Program-made: the position numbers and the translations under genes | Notes under the pieces: model-generated | The model's input: only the letters and a program-made list of their open reading frames with translations | Database searches by the model: none | What the model was told of the DNA's origin: nothing | Assembly (NCBI GenBank): GCA_051294375.1 | Contig: CM119266.1 | Coordinates: 22,387,875-22,451,874, forward strand | Origin: Paraspadella gotoi | Lineage: Eukaryota > Animalia > Chaetognatha | Direction: 5' to 3' | Length of the DNA stretch: 64,000 nt | Shown here: piece after piece, positions 43,501 to 56,049 of the stretch | Numbering within the stretch: the first letter of the stretch is position 1 | How the letters are laid out: the number at the start of each line of letters is the position of its first letter

Positions 43501-44299
43501 TACCCAGAAAATCGTTTTAGTTTAATCTGTAGTTATGTCAGATAACCGTAATTAGAATGATTGTACGTAAAAGAAATCCAGTGTCTTACCGTATTTGGAA
43601 AGCATAGAATTCATCCAGTGAGTTCTATGTTATAAGGAGAAGATAACTAAGCCAACCGTTTTTTTTAAAGAAAGAGTGGTTTCCATATTCTATCAGGTGG
43701 AAAAAAAGAAATAATAGTGTATTTAAGTTCAATTTCATTGTTTGAAAATACCCAAAACAAATCACTTGCCACATGTATACACGTTTAAAGTTGTTTTTTT
43801 TTTTTCGTTTAAAAGATTTACTTTTTTTCTTTTTTTTTTCTGAAAGAAAAAAGATGAGACAAATTTAATAATTTCCGCGAGAATGAAAAAGAAAGCAATT
43901 GTGAAAAACCGTATTGGGATTTTTAAAGAAACAAGTATGAACATGAAATATGGTGGAGTGTTCTGTAGCGAGCGGAGCAAGCAAGAAAACGAGAAAATAT
44001 TTTTGTATTTATTTATTGTTAGGAAAGATGCTGATAAGAGCTTAGTAGCGAGTTATTGAGACGGGTTGTGGTCTCGTTTTAATCAGGAAGATTAGTGTTT
44101 CCCTTTGAAAGTGTAATAGAAAGACGCCGGAAGGAGGTGTTTACACTCCATTGGAGTTTATTTTTCACCATCAAATCTTACTTTTGATGGGCAATGATTT
44201 CAAAAAGAAGCGGACACGGGCCTCCTTACGCCTCCAAACGTTTCCACGACGAGAGGTTGGGAAAGTGGATTCCTTGGGACTTGGCAGTTTGGCAAAGTG

Positions 44300-44410
44300 C
44301 CCGCGGAAATGGATTGGCCGCTTGGGACTGGGCGAATACAGAAGGCCCGGGAGCTTCCCACTTTTTCGGGGGTCAAGGTTCGAATCCGGTCGTGTCGACC
44401 TCCATAAGGA
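44300..44410 (+). mobile_element. Degenerate tRNA-derived/Pol III-like element
   Basis: Perfect B-box GGTTCGAATCC at 44377-44387 and A-box-like TGGCCGCTTGG upstream. No complete cloverleaf is visible. Confidence 0.3.
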
Positions 44411-45682
44411 ACCCGCGATCGTCGTGGCAATGTCAATGCATATCCCACAATCGGTCTTCCGTTCCAGTTAACCACAACTGTTGATTCTCCTTGTCCCAGT
44501 CCAGGAGCATTCAACGTTATTGTACTTGGTATAAAACAAGAATTGCAGAACATCAAAAATATAATATAAAGCTTTTTATTTAAAATTTAATAATAAAGCT
44601 TAATTATAGCAAAACGAAAACCTTAATTGAAAATAATGGTACGAAAAACAAGTTATTACGATTCAACACGTCAACGCTAACTGTAATAAAAACTGTTGAG
44701 AACTGAGAGGGCGGGAACACGAGCTGCATCGGAATTCCTCTGATTCCTTTATACAAAGTTAATTTATAAAACAAAAGGAAGCGCTAAGTAGTCGCATAGT
44801 CTGCCCGTCAGCATTAAACGACAAAAGGGCAAATTTCTAACTTTTCGAAAGTGTACTACTCTAATATATTTTTTAAAAAAGATAATTATTACCTAATATT
44901 AAGGCGTAAGTGAAAGTTGCAGATCAAAATTCGAATAGTTGTTATAAACAGTACTTGTACTACAAGAACATTGATATGTGAAGAGACAGTGATAATTGTT
45001 ATGTTTAGTGACAGAACCGTTCAATATAAGCAGTAGGCTCTCCCGGAACAGGTGAAAACATAGTAAGTTCTCTCAATAAATTAATGATAAAAGTGACTGT
45101 TAGAGAATATGAAAATAAAAGATAGATTTTAAAAAATTAATCTTATTAATAAGCGACGGAAGGCATTTTAAAGATTATTTATTACTATATAAAGTTAAAA
45201 ATTTTTTTTGGAAAATTTTTTCATAATTTTTTTTAATGGATTCTGATAGAGCTTAAAAAGTTAGATAAAGGTTCATTAATACAAATTTTTAAAATTTTTT
45301 TTGTTTTATTGGTAAAATTTTTAAAAAGACTATAAAAATTCAGCCAATGATGATGATGATTGAGATTTTTTTAACGGTTTTTTCTGTTTTTAACCAATTT
45401 CTGTCAAAATTTAAAGATTGAGTACTAACTTCATTTAACTTTTCAAAGCTCTATTAGGAATCCCGGGTTCCTTAAAAAACTAATTTTTTACCAAAAAAAT
45501 TTTTTGTCATTTGTTATATTATTAATAAATATTTAAAAAGCTTCAGTGCAAGCAAACCCAATGAAAACTAATTAAAAAAAGTTGCATTGAAAATCGATTT
45601 AGTAATGAGAAAGGAAAAAATGAATTTTTTTGAGAGAATAAGGAAGTTTTTAAAAAAGTGTTCAATTTTGGCCCGCCTTAAA

Positions 45683-45880
45683 TAAGCAGGCTGGCGTGAG
45701 CTTGGATCCAGAGCATGTAGACACCATGTTACAGGCGGCGGTAAGCGCCCCCCGTCGCCTATTAACTGCTAAGGCGGCCCACCGGGCTAGAACCCGACCT
45801 TTGTTGGGGGGAGGCGAATGATTTGCCTCCGGCACCAGTGGGCTGCTGATAAGGGTTGGTGGAATTTTGTAGCCACCATA
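45683..45880 (-). mobile_element. tRNA-like SINE family copy (partial)
   Basis: Aligns by eye to 61745-61927 (ACACCATGTTACAGGCGG, CACCGGGCTAGAACCC, GGAGGCGAATGA-TTGCCTCCGGCACCA, terminal TGGTGG..CCACCA hairpin). Confidence 0.6.
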
Positions 45881-46138
45881 AATATTATATATATTTTTTA
45901 TTAAAATATTATCATTTTGCATACGCCCAATGGGATTTAGGGTTAGGGTTAAGGGTTAAGCGTCGCCCATAGTACATACATGAAAGAATGTTCAAAAAAT
46001 TTTTTGTTTTTAAATTCTCTTAGTTTTTAAAAGCGGACTCGAATTCCTCATAAAAAATTGATATAAGAAAATATAAGTCTGAATTGAAAAATATTTAAAT
46101 TAAGTTAGCCAAAAATTCAAAAAACTATGTGGAAAACA

Positions 46139-46250
46139 GGGGGTTTACGCCGCTCTACACGGTGTTACAGCTTTGATCCAAAGCTCAGGGACTTCTTATA
46201 TTTGAAACGGTTCTGTCACTAACTCATAACAATCATTTACCGTCGCTTTC
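46139..46250 (+). mobile_element. 3' fragment of the same SINE family in the opposite orientation
   Basis: GGTGTTACAGCTTTGATCCAAAGCTCAGGGACTTCTTATATTTGAAACGGTTCTGTCACTAAC matches the reverse complement of 61718-61780. Confidence 0.55.
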
Positions 46251-47787
46251 AAACTTATTTTTATACTAAAATTTTAATTATAGGTTAATTATAATAGTTT
46301 TTAAGATTTGACCCCACTTTATGAAAAGATTTTTTTAAAAGTTATTTTTTTTGCGTGAGGGATTCGAATCTGCTTTAAAAAAAAAATTGGACATTTTCTA
46401 TGGTGATAAAGTAAGAAAAAATAAAAAATAAAAATTTTTTGTATTTAATGTCACAATGTTCAAAATGTTCACAATGTGAGCTAACAATCGAATTTTTGAT
46501 TCAACTTTCTTTAATATTTTTGTGCTAACGCTTTACTAATTACCACCTAACCTTCGGTACCCCTATCACCCCTAACCCCGGTCCGGGCGAAAGTAAAATT
46601 ATTATTAAATAATTAAATATATTTTTTTGACTGGAAAATATATTTTTTAATTATTTATTTATTATACTTTATAAACCTCCAAGATGGGCATAAAAACATT
46701 AATTAGTAGTAGTCTATATATATCTTTGAACATAATATCTTTCATTAGATTGGGGTAAGAAATAGTGCTTAGAAACTAGCGTAAAAAGAATGATCCCTGC
46801 AGGCTTTTTGTTATTCGCTGTACTGGTATATGTTGAGAGATGACGTTGCTCATCTGTTTATTTTTTCAATCATGATTCGTTTTTTGTAATTTTGTCTACA
46901 TCAATCTAGATCTGTGTGGCTACTTCTATGTTCTTTAAAACCTTTTCTACGTTTTTAAACAGAGAGACCAGACACAGTGAGAATTTCCAGCGTCCCACCA
47001 AAACGGCTCTTTTTACCGGGGACATGAAGGCACGTTGATCACTCATCAACGTTTTGTCACCAACTTGTAGCGATCATGACGTCTTGTCACGTGGGCAATA
47101 GACTTATGTGGAGTCCCACACTTCGACACAGGCACTTTCGATGGATCTTGTGGACAATGACGGGAGGCGATGACAAGATCCTGACACCCTGCCGACAAAA
47201 GGGTCTCGCGTCACTCGCGACGGCGCCACCAAAAGGGGCGCTGGACTGCGGCCTGCGCCGACCTGCGGCGCGAGGGGGAGTTGGACGCAGTCTCCCCAGT
47301 AATGGCGCGACGGGTCATAGGACGGAAGATACGCTCCACCTGGCGAGGCAGGCTGACTACTAGTTTCTCGACAGTATAATTCAATTTTTTTTGGGGGGGG
47401 ACTCTTTGATCTTTGGTACTGGTAAACGTATCCCCTGAATATATTCAACAGACTTTATGCCAGGCAACCGTTTGATTAATACCTGTTAACTCAAAAGGAA
47501 AAAAGTGTAATAAAAAAAATTTAAAAGGAAACTTCTTTCTTTAGCAGAGTACTTTCTTATATTTTTTTATCAGGGTACAGATTCACTTTCGCCGACCGGG
47601 GTTTTTGGCGTCTTTTCGAAAAAACCATGAAGATGGAACACATTACATGGTGTTACGGCGCATGACTTTCACACGTATATTTTCGGGTGAATAATAATAA
47701 TTATAACACACTGTTCCGGAATTGGATCTTTATTCTTTTTAGTGAATTTTTTATGATTTTTATGATTCCCGCAACTCTATAATTGCA

Positions 47788-48880
47788 TTTTAGTCGGTAC
47801 GGCTCGGTCCGCCTCCCTCAGATATTGGGGTCGGCACTCACATATTCATGGTCAGAACATCGAATTATGATAAAATTATTTTTAAAAAAACCGATGTCCG
47901 TTGCCGTACCCTCTCCGTCCCACCCTTAGCAAAAAACATCAATTACTCGTGATTGGGATGATGAATTGGAATTAAATTTTTGTGTGTGGGTGATTGAGCT
48001 GTATATAGAGATGAAGTTTAGTGGATTATTCCTGCCAGTGGGAAAAGAGTTTAAAATGGAAAAAACAAAACTTATGTTTATAATATTTTCACTTATTTGA
48101 ACGCCAATCACTATCATGAGTGGATGAAACAATTGGACTTGAATTTTTTTTATGTGGGTAAGAAAGTGTGTTGATTAAGCCTGGGAAATCATTTCGAGGA
48201 ATCGTCTTGAGTGGAAATAGTTTAAATGGAAATAGGCACTAATTGATATATGCTGCTTTTTCTTTTTTATATTAATGTAAATGAAAGATGTAATAATTAA
48301 TAAGTTATTTGAATCAATTAAATATAATTAAAATAATTATCAGAATTAAATCAATCAAATAATTATTAATCAAATCAATTATTTTCTATTAATTTAATTA
48401 TTACAATCAAATCAATTTATTTATTAATTAAATTAATTATTTAATCATCAATCAAGTCAATCGTTATATGCGTGTGGGTAGGGAAGTATGTGATTCGAAG
48501 GCTGTATATGAAGTTTCCGATGGAATCGTAAAGAGTGGAAATGGTTTAAGGAAAAAATAAAAAATAATTTCACCTATTTTGAACACCAATTACTCATGAG
48601 AGTGGATGGGGCGATTGACTTGAAATTTGTAATTTGGGTTAGAAAGTGTGTGTGATTAAACCCTGGAAATCAAGTTCGATGGAATCGTTTGATTGGAAAA
48701 TAAGTTTTAAATGGAAAAAAAAACAAAAACCTGTTTCACATATAATGAATTATGCTGTCTTTTTCCTTTTATATAAATGTAAATGCAGGAATGTATTAAT
48801 AAATCAAAATAATTAATTAATCAATTAGTCAATTAATCAATAATTAATTAATCATCAATCAATCAAAGTAAAGTTGTTAT
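47788..48880 (+). mobile_element. Diverged independent copy of the Helentron-like family, including the 5' end
   Basis: Starts TTTTAGTCGG.., has a degenerate GTCC tract at ~47895-47920 and the same ~155-bp units, with different flanks. Confidence 0.65.
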
Positions 48881-51299
48881 CGAACATATTTCTAATCTGA
48901 GGGGGAACACACCATACCAANNNNNNNNNNNNNNNNNNNNNNNNNACGAGAGAGAGAGGAGAGAAGAGAGAGGAGAGAGAGATGAGAGAGAGGAGAAGAG
49001 AGAGAGAGGAGAGAGAGAAAGAGAGAGAAGGAGAGAGGACAAAAAAAGTGGGGGGAGGAAATTTATGAAGGCCACATTATTTTGGCGAAGAATAAAAAAT
49101 TGATCGGGGACAAGTTGAGGGATGATGGGAGGTTGGTGGGTGGGTGGTGGTGGTGGGGTGTTGGTGTTAGGAGTGACTTAGTAACGGAATTCTTATCCTT
49201 CGGAAAGATACGATTTTTGGTCTTCGATTTCAATTTTATTTCTTGAGCCGGTAAAAAAAATAGTGAGAGGGGGATGGAGTGGGAAGGAAGCTGATTGAGA
49301 CAGGGGCGGACCGAGTTATTTTGTTTTTCTTTATTGAAAAGGTGGCCAATGGGAAAAAAGCTTCTGGGGATTGAGTCAAATCGCGGGTCTGTAAAGATTA
49401 TTATTTTCGAGATATTATTATTCGTTTTTGAAATGTTTATTTTTTCTAGGGGGGACGGGCGCGGAGAGGGCGGGGGATTGGAGTTCGAAATTCAGCACCA
49501 ATAAAACATCGAATCTTAGATTGTCGATCGGAAATTTCACAACTTGATCTCACGAAAGAGAAGAACTCGGAATTTCCAAGGCCAATGACGTCGCACAGTC
49601 ACCTCGATCACAGCTGTCACTTTCTCTCTCTCTCTCTCTTCGTCTCTCTCTCTCTCTCTCTCTCTCCTCGTCTTCTCTCTCTCTCTCTCTCTTCTCTCGT
49701 CTCTCTCTCTCTTTTCGTATACTTTTAACGAAATTACGAGACTTTTTTTTAATTAACGTCTTTTGACTCTGGTCGACTCTGACGTAGTTGATCGCAAGGG
49801 CCGATGGGCCGGGGTGGCAAGGAGGGGGGATTAGGGGCTGCCTGAAAGGGGCGGGGTGGTATGGGAATATTGCGGGTGCTGGGATGGTGGAGACGGTGAA
49901 TGAAATGAACTAGAATGAATTGACTGATGATAATGAATGAATGAAGAATGAATAGTGAATGCTTCAATGTTGGAAAACAATGAAATAATTAATGATTAAA
50001 TGATTGAATCAATAACTCTATGAATTTACCCATAACTGAATCAATAAATATACACGAAAATAAATGAATGTAATAAAATGTGTTCCCATATATTTCTAAA
50101 ATCCGTCTCAACAAGTTTTCTTTTTCTTTATCATCTTTTCTTTGACCCACTCTGCGTAGTTCCTTCCTTCCTTCCTTCCTTTTTCGTCCTTTTTATTTTT
50201 TCTTTTTTCTCTTCGTCATAATTTCTTTCCTTTTTTTTACTCGTTTCTGGTTTTTGCTCTGAAGAAAAAAAGTTTTCGTCTACGGGCGACTCTTCCGACG
50301 CCGACCGTCAGAGGCGCTTCGGTCGTGAGAGGCTGTGAGAGTTTGTCGTTTCTGAAGTCGAAAGAGTTTTTATGGTGTCTTTGACCATCCATGTTCACAT
50401 AATGCGTTTTCAGTGACTTTAAAACCAACCATAGAGATTTAGTTAAAGATAACACATAGGATATTTTGATCCATGAGACAGATCATCTTCAGGGAAGTCC
50501 CATGTGTGATCTTTACCCAATTCTTAATCTCAGTACATGTGATGACTTTATCGCCATCCGCGACGTCTGTCCTCGCCGCATTGCGACTCTCCTCGGCGTC
50601 ATTTTCCCGACACAACGAGGCGCCACTTGTCGCGCGTTGCGGCGCCTTTTCCGTCGAAAACGAGCGCCACCGGAATTTATGTTTTGACGCCGCTTGTGAC
50701 GTCGCGTTGGCGTCGACGTCGAGGACGGAAGAGGGCCTTCCGACTTTTGCCAATTCTTTTTTTTCGCTTCAAATTTTCAACAGAAAAAATATTTTTGGCA
50801 AGCATTGACAGATTGCTTTGTTTCGGGAAAACAATATGGAATTGTTTTCATCCAGTATACCCCTCTTTAGTGGTAACATTTTAACTTTTTCAAAAAATAG
50901 ATATTATGTTTAAATATTTAAGTAAGACCTTCGCTGAATTTGTACACTCTTGCAAATATTTGTTTATAACCCACTATGGCAACAGCTTGTGATTCCCATT
51001 GGGATGGGGAATCTCACTGTTGGCTTTGGGGGCTGTGTGAATATACAGCCACACCACGCTATATATTTAACATATTTATTATTATACAATATACATTTTG
51101 TACTGGCCCCCAAAAATGAGGGTAAAAGTGAAAGGGATTCCGTGGCGGAGGTGGAAAAGCGAGAAAGTTGACAGCCTTTTGTTAGAAAGCTTTTTGCATG
51201 AGACAGAAGAATGAAAAAAAAAGAAAAGAAAAAAAACCGAGAGAGAAAATGGCGTCTTCGAGAAAAGACAGTTTTTGAAGATTAAACTGAGAGAAAAAG

Positions 51300-51336
<37 letters not shown>

Positions 51337-51485
51337 NNNNNNNNNNNNNNNNNNNNNNNNNNNNNNNNNNNNNNNNNNNNNNNNNNNNNNNNNNNNNNNN
51401 NNNNNNNNNNNNNNNNNNNNNNNNNNNNNNNNNNNNNNNNNNNNNNNNNNNNNNNNNNNNNNNNNNNNNNNNNNNNNNNNNNNNN

Positions 51486-51524
<39 letters not shown>

Positions 51525-52671
51525 ACTCGTCCGAAAGAGTGGGGTTTCGGATCCAAAGCTGAGAAAAGTACAACTAGACTTAATAATGGAATTTGCTTTT
51601 AAAAAGGACGGAATGCAAAAAGGCTTTTCTCCCCGAGGGACAGAGCTGTCCCTCAGTGCCCCAATGGAAAAAATGGTCGAGGAAGTGAAAAGAGGGTTTT
51701 ATGCTTCAAAAGTCCAAATAAGATACACATCTTCGACATAAGTATAATTTAACTTGAAAATCTAAAATTCTTTTCATGCGAACCTTGTTGACTTACACTC
51801 CGACTGCACCCTATGATCAACTAAGCCATCGAGACCGACGTCTCTACATCCCCAGCACCCCAGCAGCCAGTTTCTCCATCTTCCCTCCGTCTCGCGCGAT
51901 GGCGTCACAACACGGGCGTGGCGTCACTTTGCGCCGTTCTGACGTCGGCTGTCAAAGCCTCGTCAGGCGGCGTCAGGCGGCGTCAGGCGGCGCTCTTCTT
52001 GTTGCGTCGCCGTCTCTGCCGTTTCGCTGTCGCCGTTGCTGCATGCGGTCGTTGCAACCGCAGGTTTTCAGCGCGGATGTGCAGCAGCGGTTTCTTGTTT
52101 TGTGAAACGGAATAAAAAAGTCGAAAATATTGAAAACTTTAGTTTAAATTCAAAAAAACATTTAAATCACGGACAAAGAAAAAAANNNNNNNNNNNNNNN
52201 NNNNNNNNNNNNNNNNNNNNNNNNNNNNNNNNNNNNNNNNNNNNNNNNNNNNNNNNNNNNNNNNNNNNNNNNNNNNNNNNNNNNNNNNNNNNNNNNNNNN
52301 NNNNNNNNNNNNNNNNNNNNNNNNNNNNNNNNNNNNNNNNNNNNNNNNNNNNNNNNNNNNNNNNNNNNNNNNNNNNNNNNNNNNNNNNNNNNNNNNNNNN
52401 NNNNNNNNNNNNNNNNNNNNNNNNNNNNNNNNNNNNNNNNNNNNNNNNNNNNNNNNNNNNNNNNNNNNNNNNNNNNNNNNNNNNNNNNNNNNNNNNNNNN
52501 NNNNNNNNNNNNNNNNNNNNNNNNNNNNNNNNNNNNNNNNNNNNNNNNNNNNNNNNNNNNNNNNNNNNNNNTGGAAAGGAATTTTGTGGAAATGGGAAAA
52601 AGTAATAGAATTAGAATAGATGAGTGAAAGTGCGAGGTGCAAAAAAGACAGAGAGAGGAGAAGAGAGGAGA

Positions 52672-52708
<37 letters not shown>

Positions 52709-52817
52709 AGAGATGACCTTTCAAAAAACCGTTCGCAAATGTCGACTTCCAACTTTTAGTTTTCCTATTTTTTTCCTGCATATTCGTTTTACGGTTGTTG
52801 GCTCGTTCCATCGTTCG

Positions 52818-52950
52818 TTCATTCATTCATTCATTCATTCATTCATTCATTCATTCATTCATTCATTCATTCATTCATTCATTTATTCTTTCAATCATTA
52901 TTTCATTCATTCATTCATTTATTCTTTCAATCATTATTTCATTCATTCAT
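52818..52950. repeat. (ATTC)n microsatellite
   Basis: Direct inspection. Confidence 0.9.
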
Positions 52951-54150
52951 TATTTCGTCTCTTCGTTTCTTCGCTCGGCCTTTCCTTACGTTTTCAATTC
53001 CCTCATTCATTCATTGATTCATCCTAGAATCTCCATTTATTTCCATATTTCATTTTTACCTCCGTTTCTTCTGCTTTTTAATTTCTTTTTTATTTCATCT
53101 TTCCTTCCTTCGCTCCTCCTCCTTTTCCTTTTTTTATTGCTCCTCCTTTTTTCTTTCGTTTCTTTTTCTTTTCCTTTTTCATTTCGATTTTATTATTTCC
53201 TCGCTTTCCAAGTTCGCATTCTTTTCCCCGCCACTCAAGGTCTTATTTTTAGAAATGGGTTTAGTTGGCAGAAAGAGAAATAGAGAGAGAGGAGAGGAGA
53301 GAGATGATGATCGAGATGCAAGAGCGAAGCATTGAGAGAGATGATGGAGAGGAAGTGGCGAGAAAGTGATGGAGAAGAAAGGCCGTGAGATGAGGACTTC
53401 GAGAGGACGAGCACGAGAGAGATCGAGACCGAGAGGACGAGGCAGGAGCCTTCCGTGGATTTCAAAGAAGGATAAAAAAATAGTTTTTTTTTAAAGGTGG
53501 AGAAAAAATGCGAATTTATTCACTCTCTCTTATTCTCTCTCCCTGGTTCTTATCCTTCTTCTTTTTACTTTTCTTTTTCTTATCCATGTTTTTTCTCTCT
53601 CTCTTTCTCTCCCGCTCTCTTTCTCCAACTTTCCAGTTTCCAGTGTCTTTAAGCTCATTTGCATTTTTAAATTAATTGAAATCGAGTGCGAGCGACTGCT
53701 ACCTGAGGAAGCATCGGGACGTCTTTTTGGATGAGCGCCTTTCGACCGAAACGCGGGAAGAACCGAATCGAGGAAAAACCAAAAAGAGAAAAACCCGGAT
53801 GAGAATAAGCAAAAGAATTAAATGAATTTAAAAGTAATTTAATTTAAATCATCATAAATATGCTTAAGAAAGAGAGTAAACAAATAAATGTTAAAATGTC
53901 ACCAAAAAAATAAAACTAAAAATCATAAAACGAACTGAAAAAGCAAATCTGGAAAAAAGTCAAATCTGCAGACGTAGCGAAAGATTATTGCAGATCAAAA
54001 TGGAATCCTGCAATTGAAGCAAAGAAGTGAAAACATGCGCGAAATTTGAAATGGAAGCTATAAAGAAAGAGCCAATTATGTTTTGAGTGAACTCAGAAAC
54101 GAGTTAAAAATATTAAGAACTTCACAAAGGCGCTGGAAGAGAGAATGGAT

Positions 54151-54191
<41 letters not shown>

Positions 54192-54389
54192 TCATCATTG
54201 CCAATCGAATGAGTTATATCTCGATCATATTTGGCGCGAAAGAAATCCGTAACCTTATCTTTTGGGGCCGAAGTCGGCTTTTGAATAAATCAGCGAGATT
54301 CGTTCTCTACTCCATCTTCATCTGCATAACATCGGCCGAGTATGAAATTTTCTCTCTCACCCCTAGAGTCTCGATCTGGCCGGCACCTA

Positions 54390-54660
54390 TTCGTCGGCGT
54401 CGTCGTCTTTTTCGTAGTCTTCGTTTTCGTCGTTATCCGTTTCGTCGTCATCACTTTAGTCGCGGTCGTTTTCATCGTTGTCATTCTTGTCCTTATCAGT
54501 TTCGTCTTCGTCGTTATCAGTTTCGTCGTTGTCATTTTTGTCGTCGTCCTTTTCATCATCGTCGTTTTCGTCGTTATCAATTTGGTCGTTGTCTTTACGT
54601 CGATATCGTCGTCGTCATCTCCATCGTTTTTGTCATCGTCGTCATCGTCATAGTCGGTGT
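54390..54660. repeat. Degenerate (CGT/TCG)n trinucleotide low-complexity tract
   Basis: Repeating TTTCGTCGT/CATCGTCGT units that generate spurious ORFs in several frames. Confidence 0.85.
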
Positions 54661-55372
54661 CAATCGTTGCAACTTTCAAGAAATTGGATGTTGTTTAAAA
54701 CAGCCACCAGCCCACCAAGGCGTCAAAATCAACGAAATCGTAAACAGCAACAACAATGTCAACAGCGACAACAGCTCGAACAAAACGACAACAGCGTCAA
54801 CAAAAACAAAGTCAAACAAAGACGAAAACCTTCTCTCCCATTTTCTTTTTTTTTTCGATCGCCCACCTGCGCCTCTGGTGTCACGGGTCACGGTCGGCGC
54901 TCCTCGCCCTTCACGCCGTTTCGATCTCGCCCGACGGCGCCGTCCCTTGCCGCTCCGGCACCGCAAGCCGCGCCGCACCCGCGCCGCAGCCCCCCCTCTC
55001 TATCAACCCCCCCTTCTCCTCCAATCCCCCTATCGCTCGAGCGCCCGGGCGCCCCGGGACGTGACCGGCGCGCGGTTGAAATTTGACCCTGGAAAGTCGA
55101 TGCTGAATCGCGAATGATGAAAGTTGTGAGAGAGGGGGTAGATGAGGGGAGGGTGTGATAGAGGATGTGATAGAAAGACGGAGTGATAGCGATATACAGG
55201 AAGAAGAAAGGTGATTCCAGCGTTAGTTAGTGAGCAATAATCATGCGTTAGTTTCATGTGTGAAATTACATTTTCTCCTTGGAGGGCACTCGTAACGTTT
55301 TTTTTTTATTCAACGGAAGGAATAAAAAACGTGTGCCATTCCAATAAAAGTACGAGCAAGGTCGAATTCTAG

Positions 55373-56049
55373 TCAACAATGAGCGAAAAGAATGTCATGA
55401 ATTTTATTCTTGTTCATTCGAGGCCTGTCGTTTCTAACGCCCCCCCTTTCATCACAGACCACAGCTCTCGCTACCACCCCAGCCTCGTCCAACCCCTCTT
55501 CAATCCCAACACTCTTCTCTCCCAAGGCCTTGCGCATTGAAGCCTCTCGATGGGCGTGGCATTCCCCGATACTAGAAGAGCCGAGGGAGGGGAAACGAGA
55601 ATTGTGTAAAAGGGTAAGTGTATTGTGTTTCAAGGCGGGTAAGCTTACGACGCGGATTGGGGATCGTGAAGTCCGTCTGACGGCAGATGAGTTTCTTTTG
55701 GTAAATTTGACTTGTATTTTGTAACGTAAGATCGAGGATTGAGACATTTGAGTGTAAAAAGAAAAAGAAAACTCGGATAATCTTTGGTGGGGAGTGTCGA
55801 ATCTCCAAATCACAAAAACGAAATCGGTGCGCCCTTTGAAAGAGAAAGCAACAGTGCACTGTTGCAGTGAGAGTTCAAGATCGTTGAGTGGGCGTACAAC
55901 GTCGATGACCTAAAAATAGATAAATCCCTAGTTTCCCCACCGAAGAAAAAAAAAATATGAGAATTTTGGAGAACTAGTATTGAGATTACCGCTGATTTTC
56001 GGAGCTGAAAGGCCAAACGTTTGAGGAGTAGCTCAAGCTTGAAGCGCAT
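55373..56049 (-). CDS. Putative two-exon gene, 198 aa, unknown function. Exon 1 56049-55990, 80-nt intron, exon 2 55909-55373
   Basis: ATG and 20 codons (MRFKLELLLKRLAFQLRKSA), donor gtaatc at 55989 and acceptor tttttag at 55911-55910, both phase 0. Then 178 open codons (VIDVVRPLNDLELSLQQCTVAFSFKGRTDFVFVIWRFD...HDILFAHC*). A minus-strand AATAAA lies at ~55305-55310. Confidence 0.55.

Noticed and set aside
54083-55117. 344-aa ORF and overlapping Arg/Val/Thr-rich ORFs
   Set aside because: Produced by a stop-poor CGT repeat. Several frames are open with no coherent protein signal.
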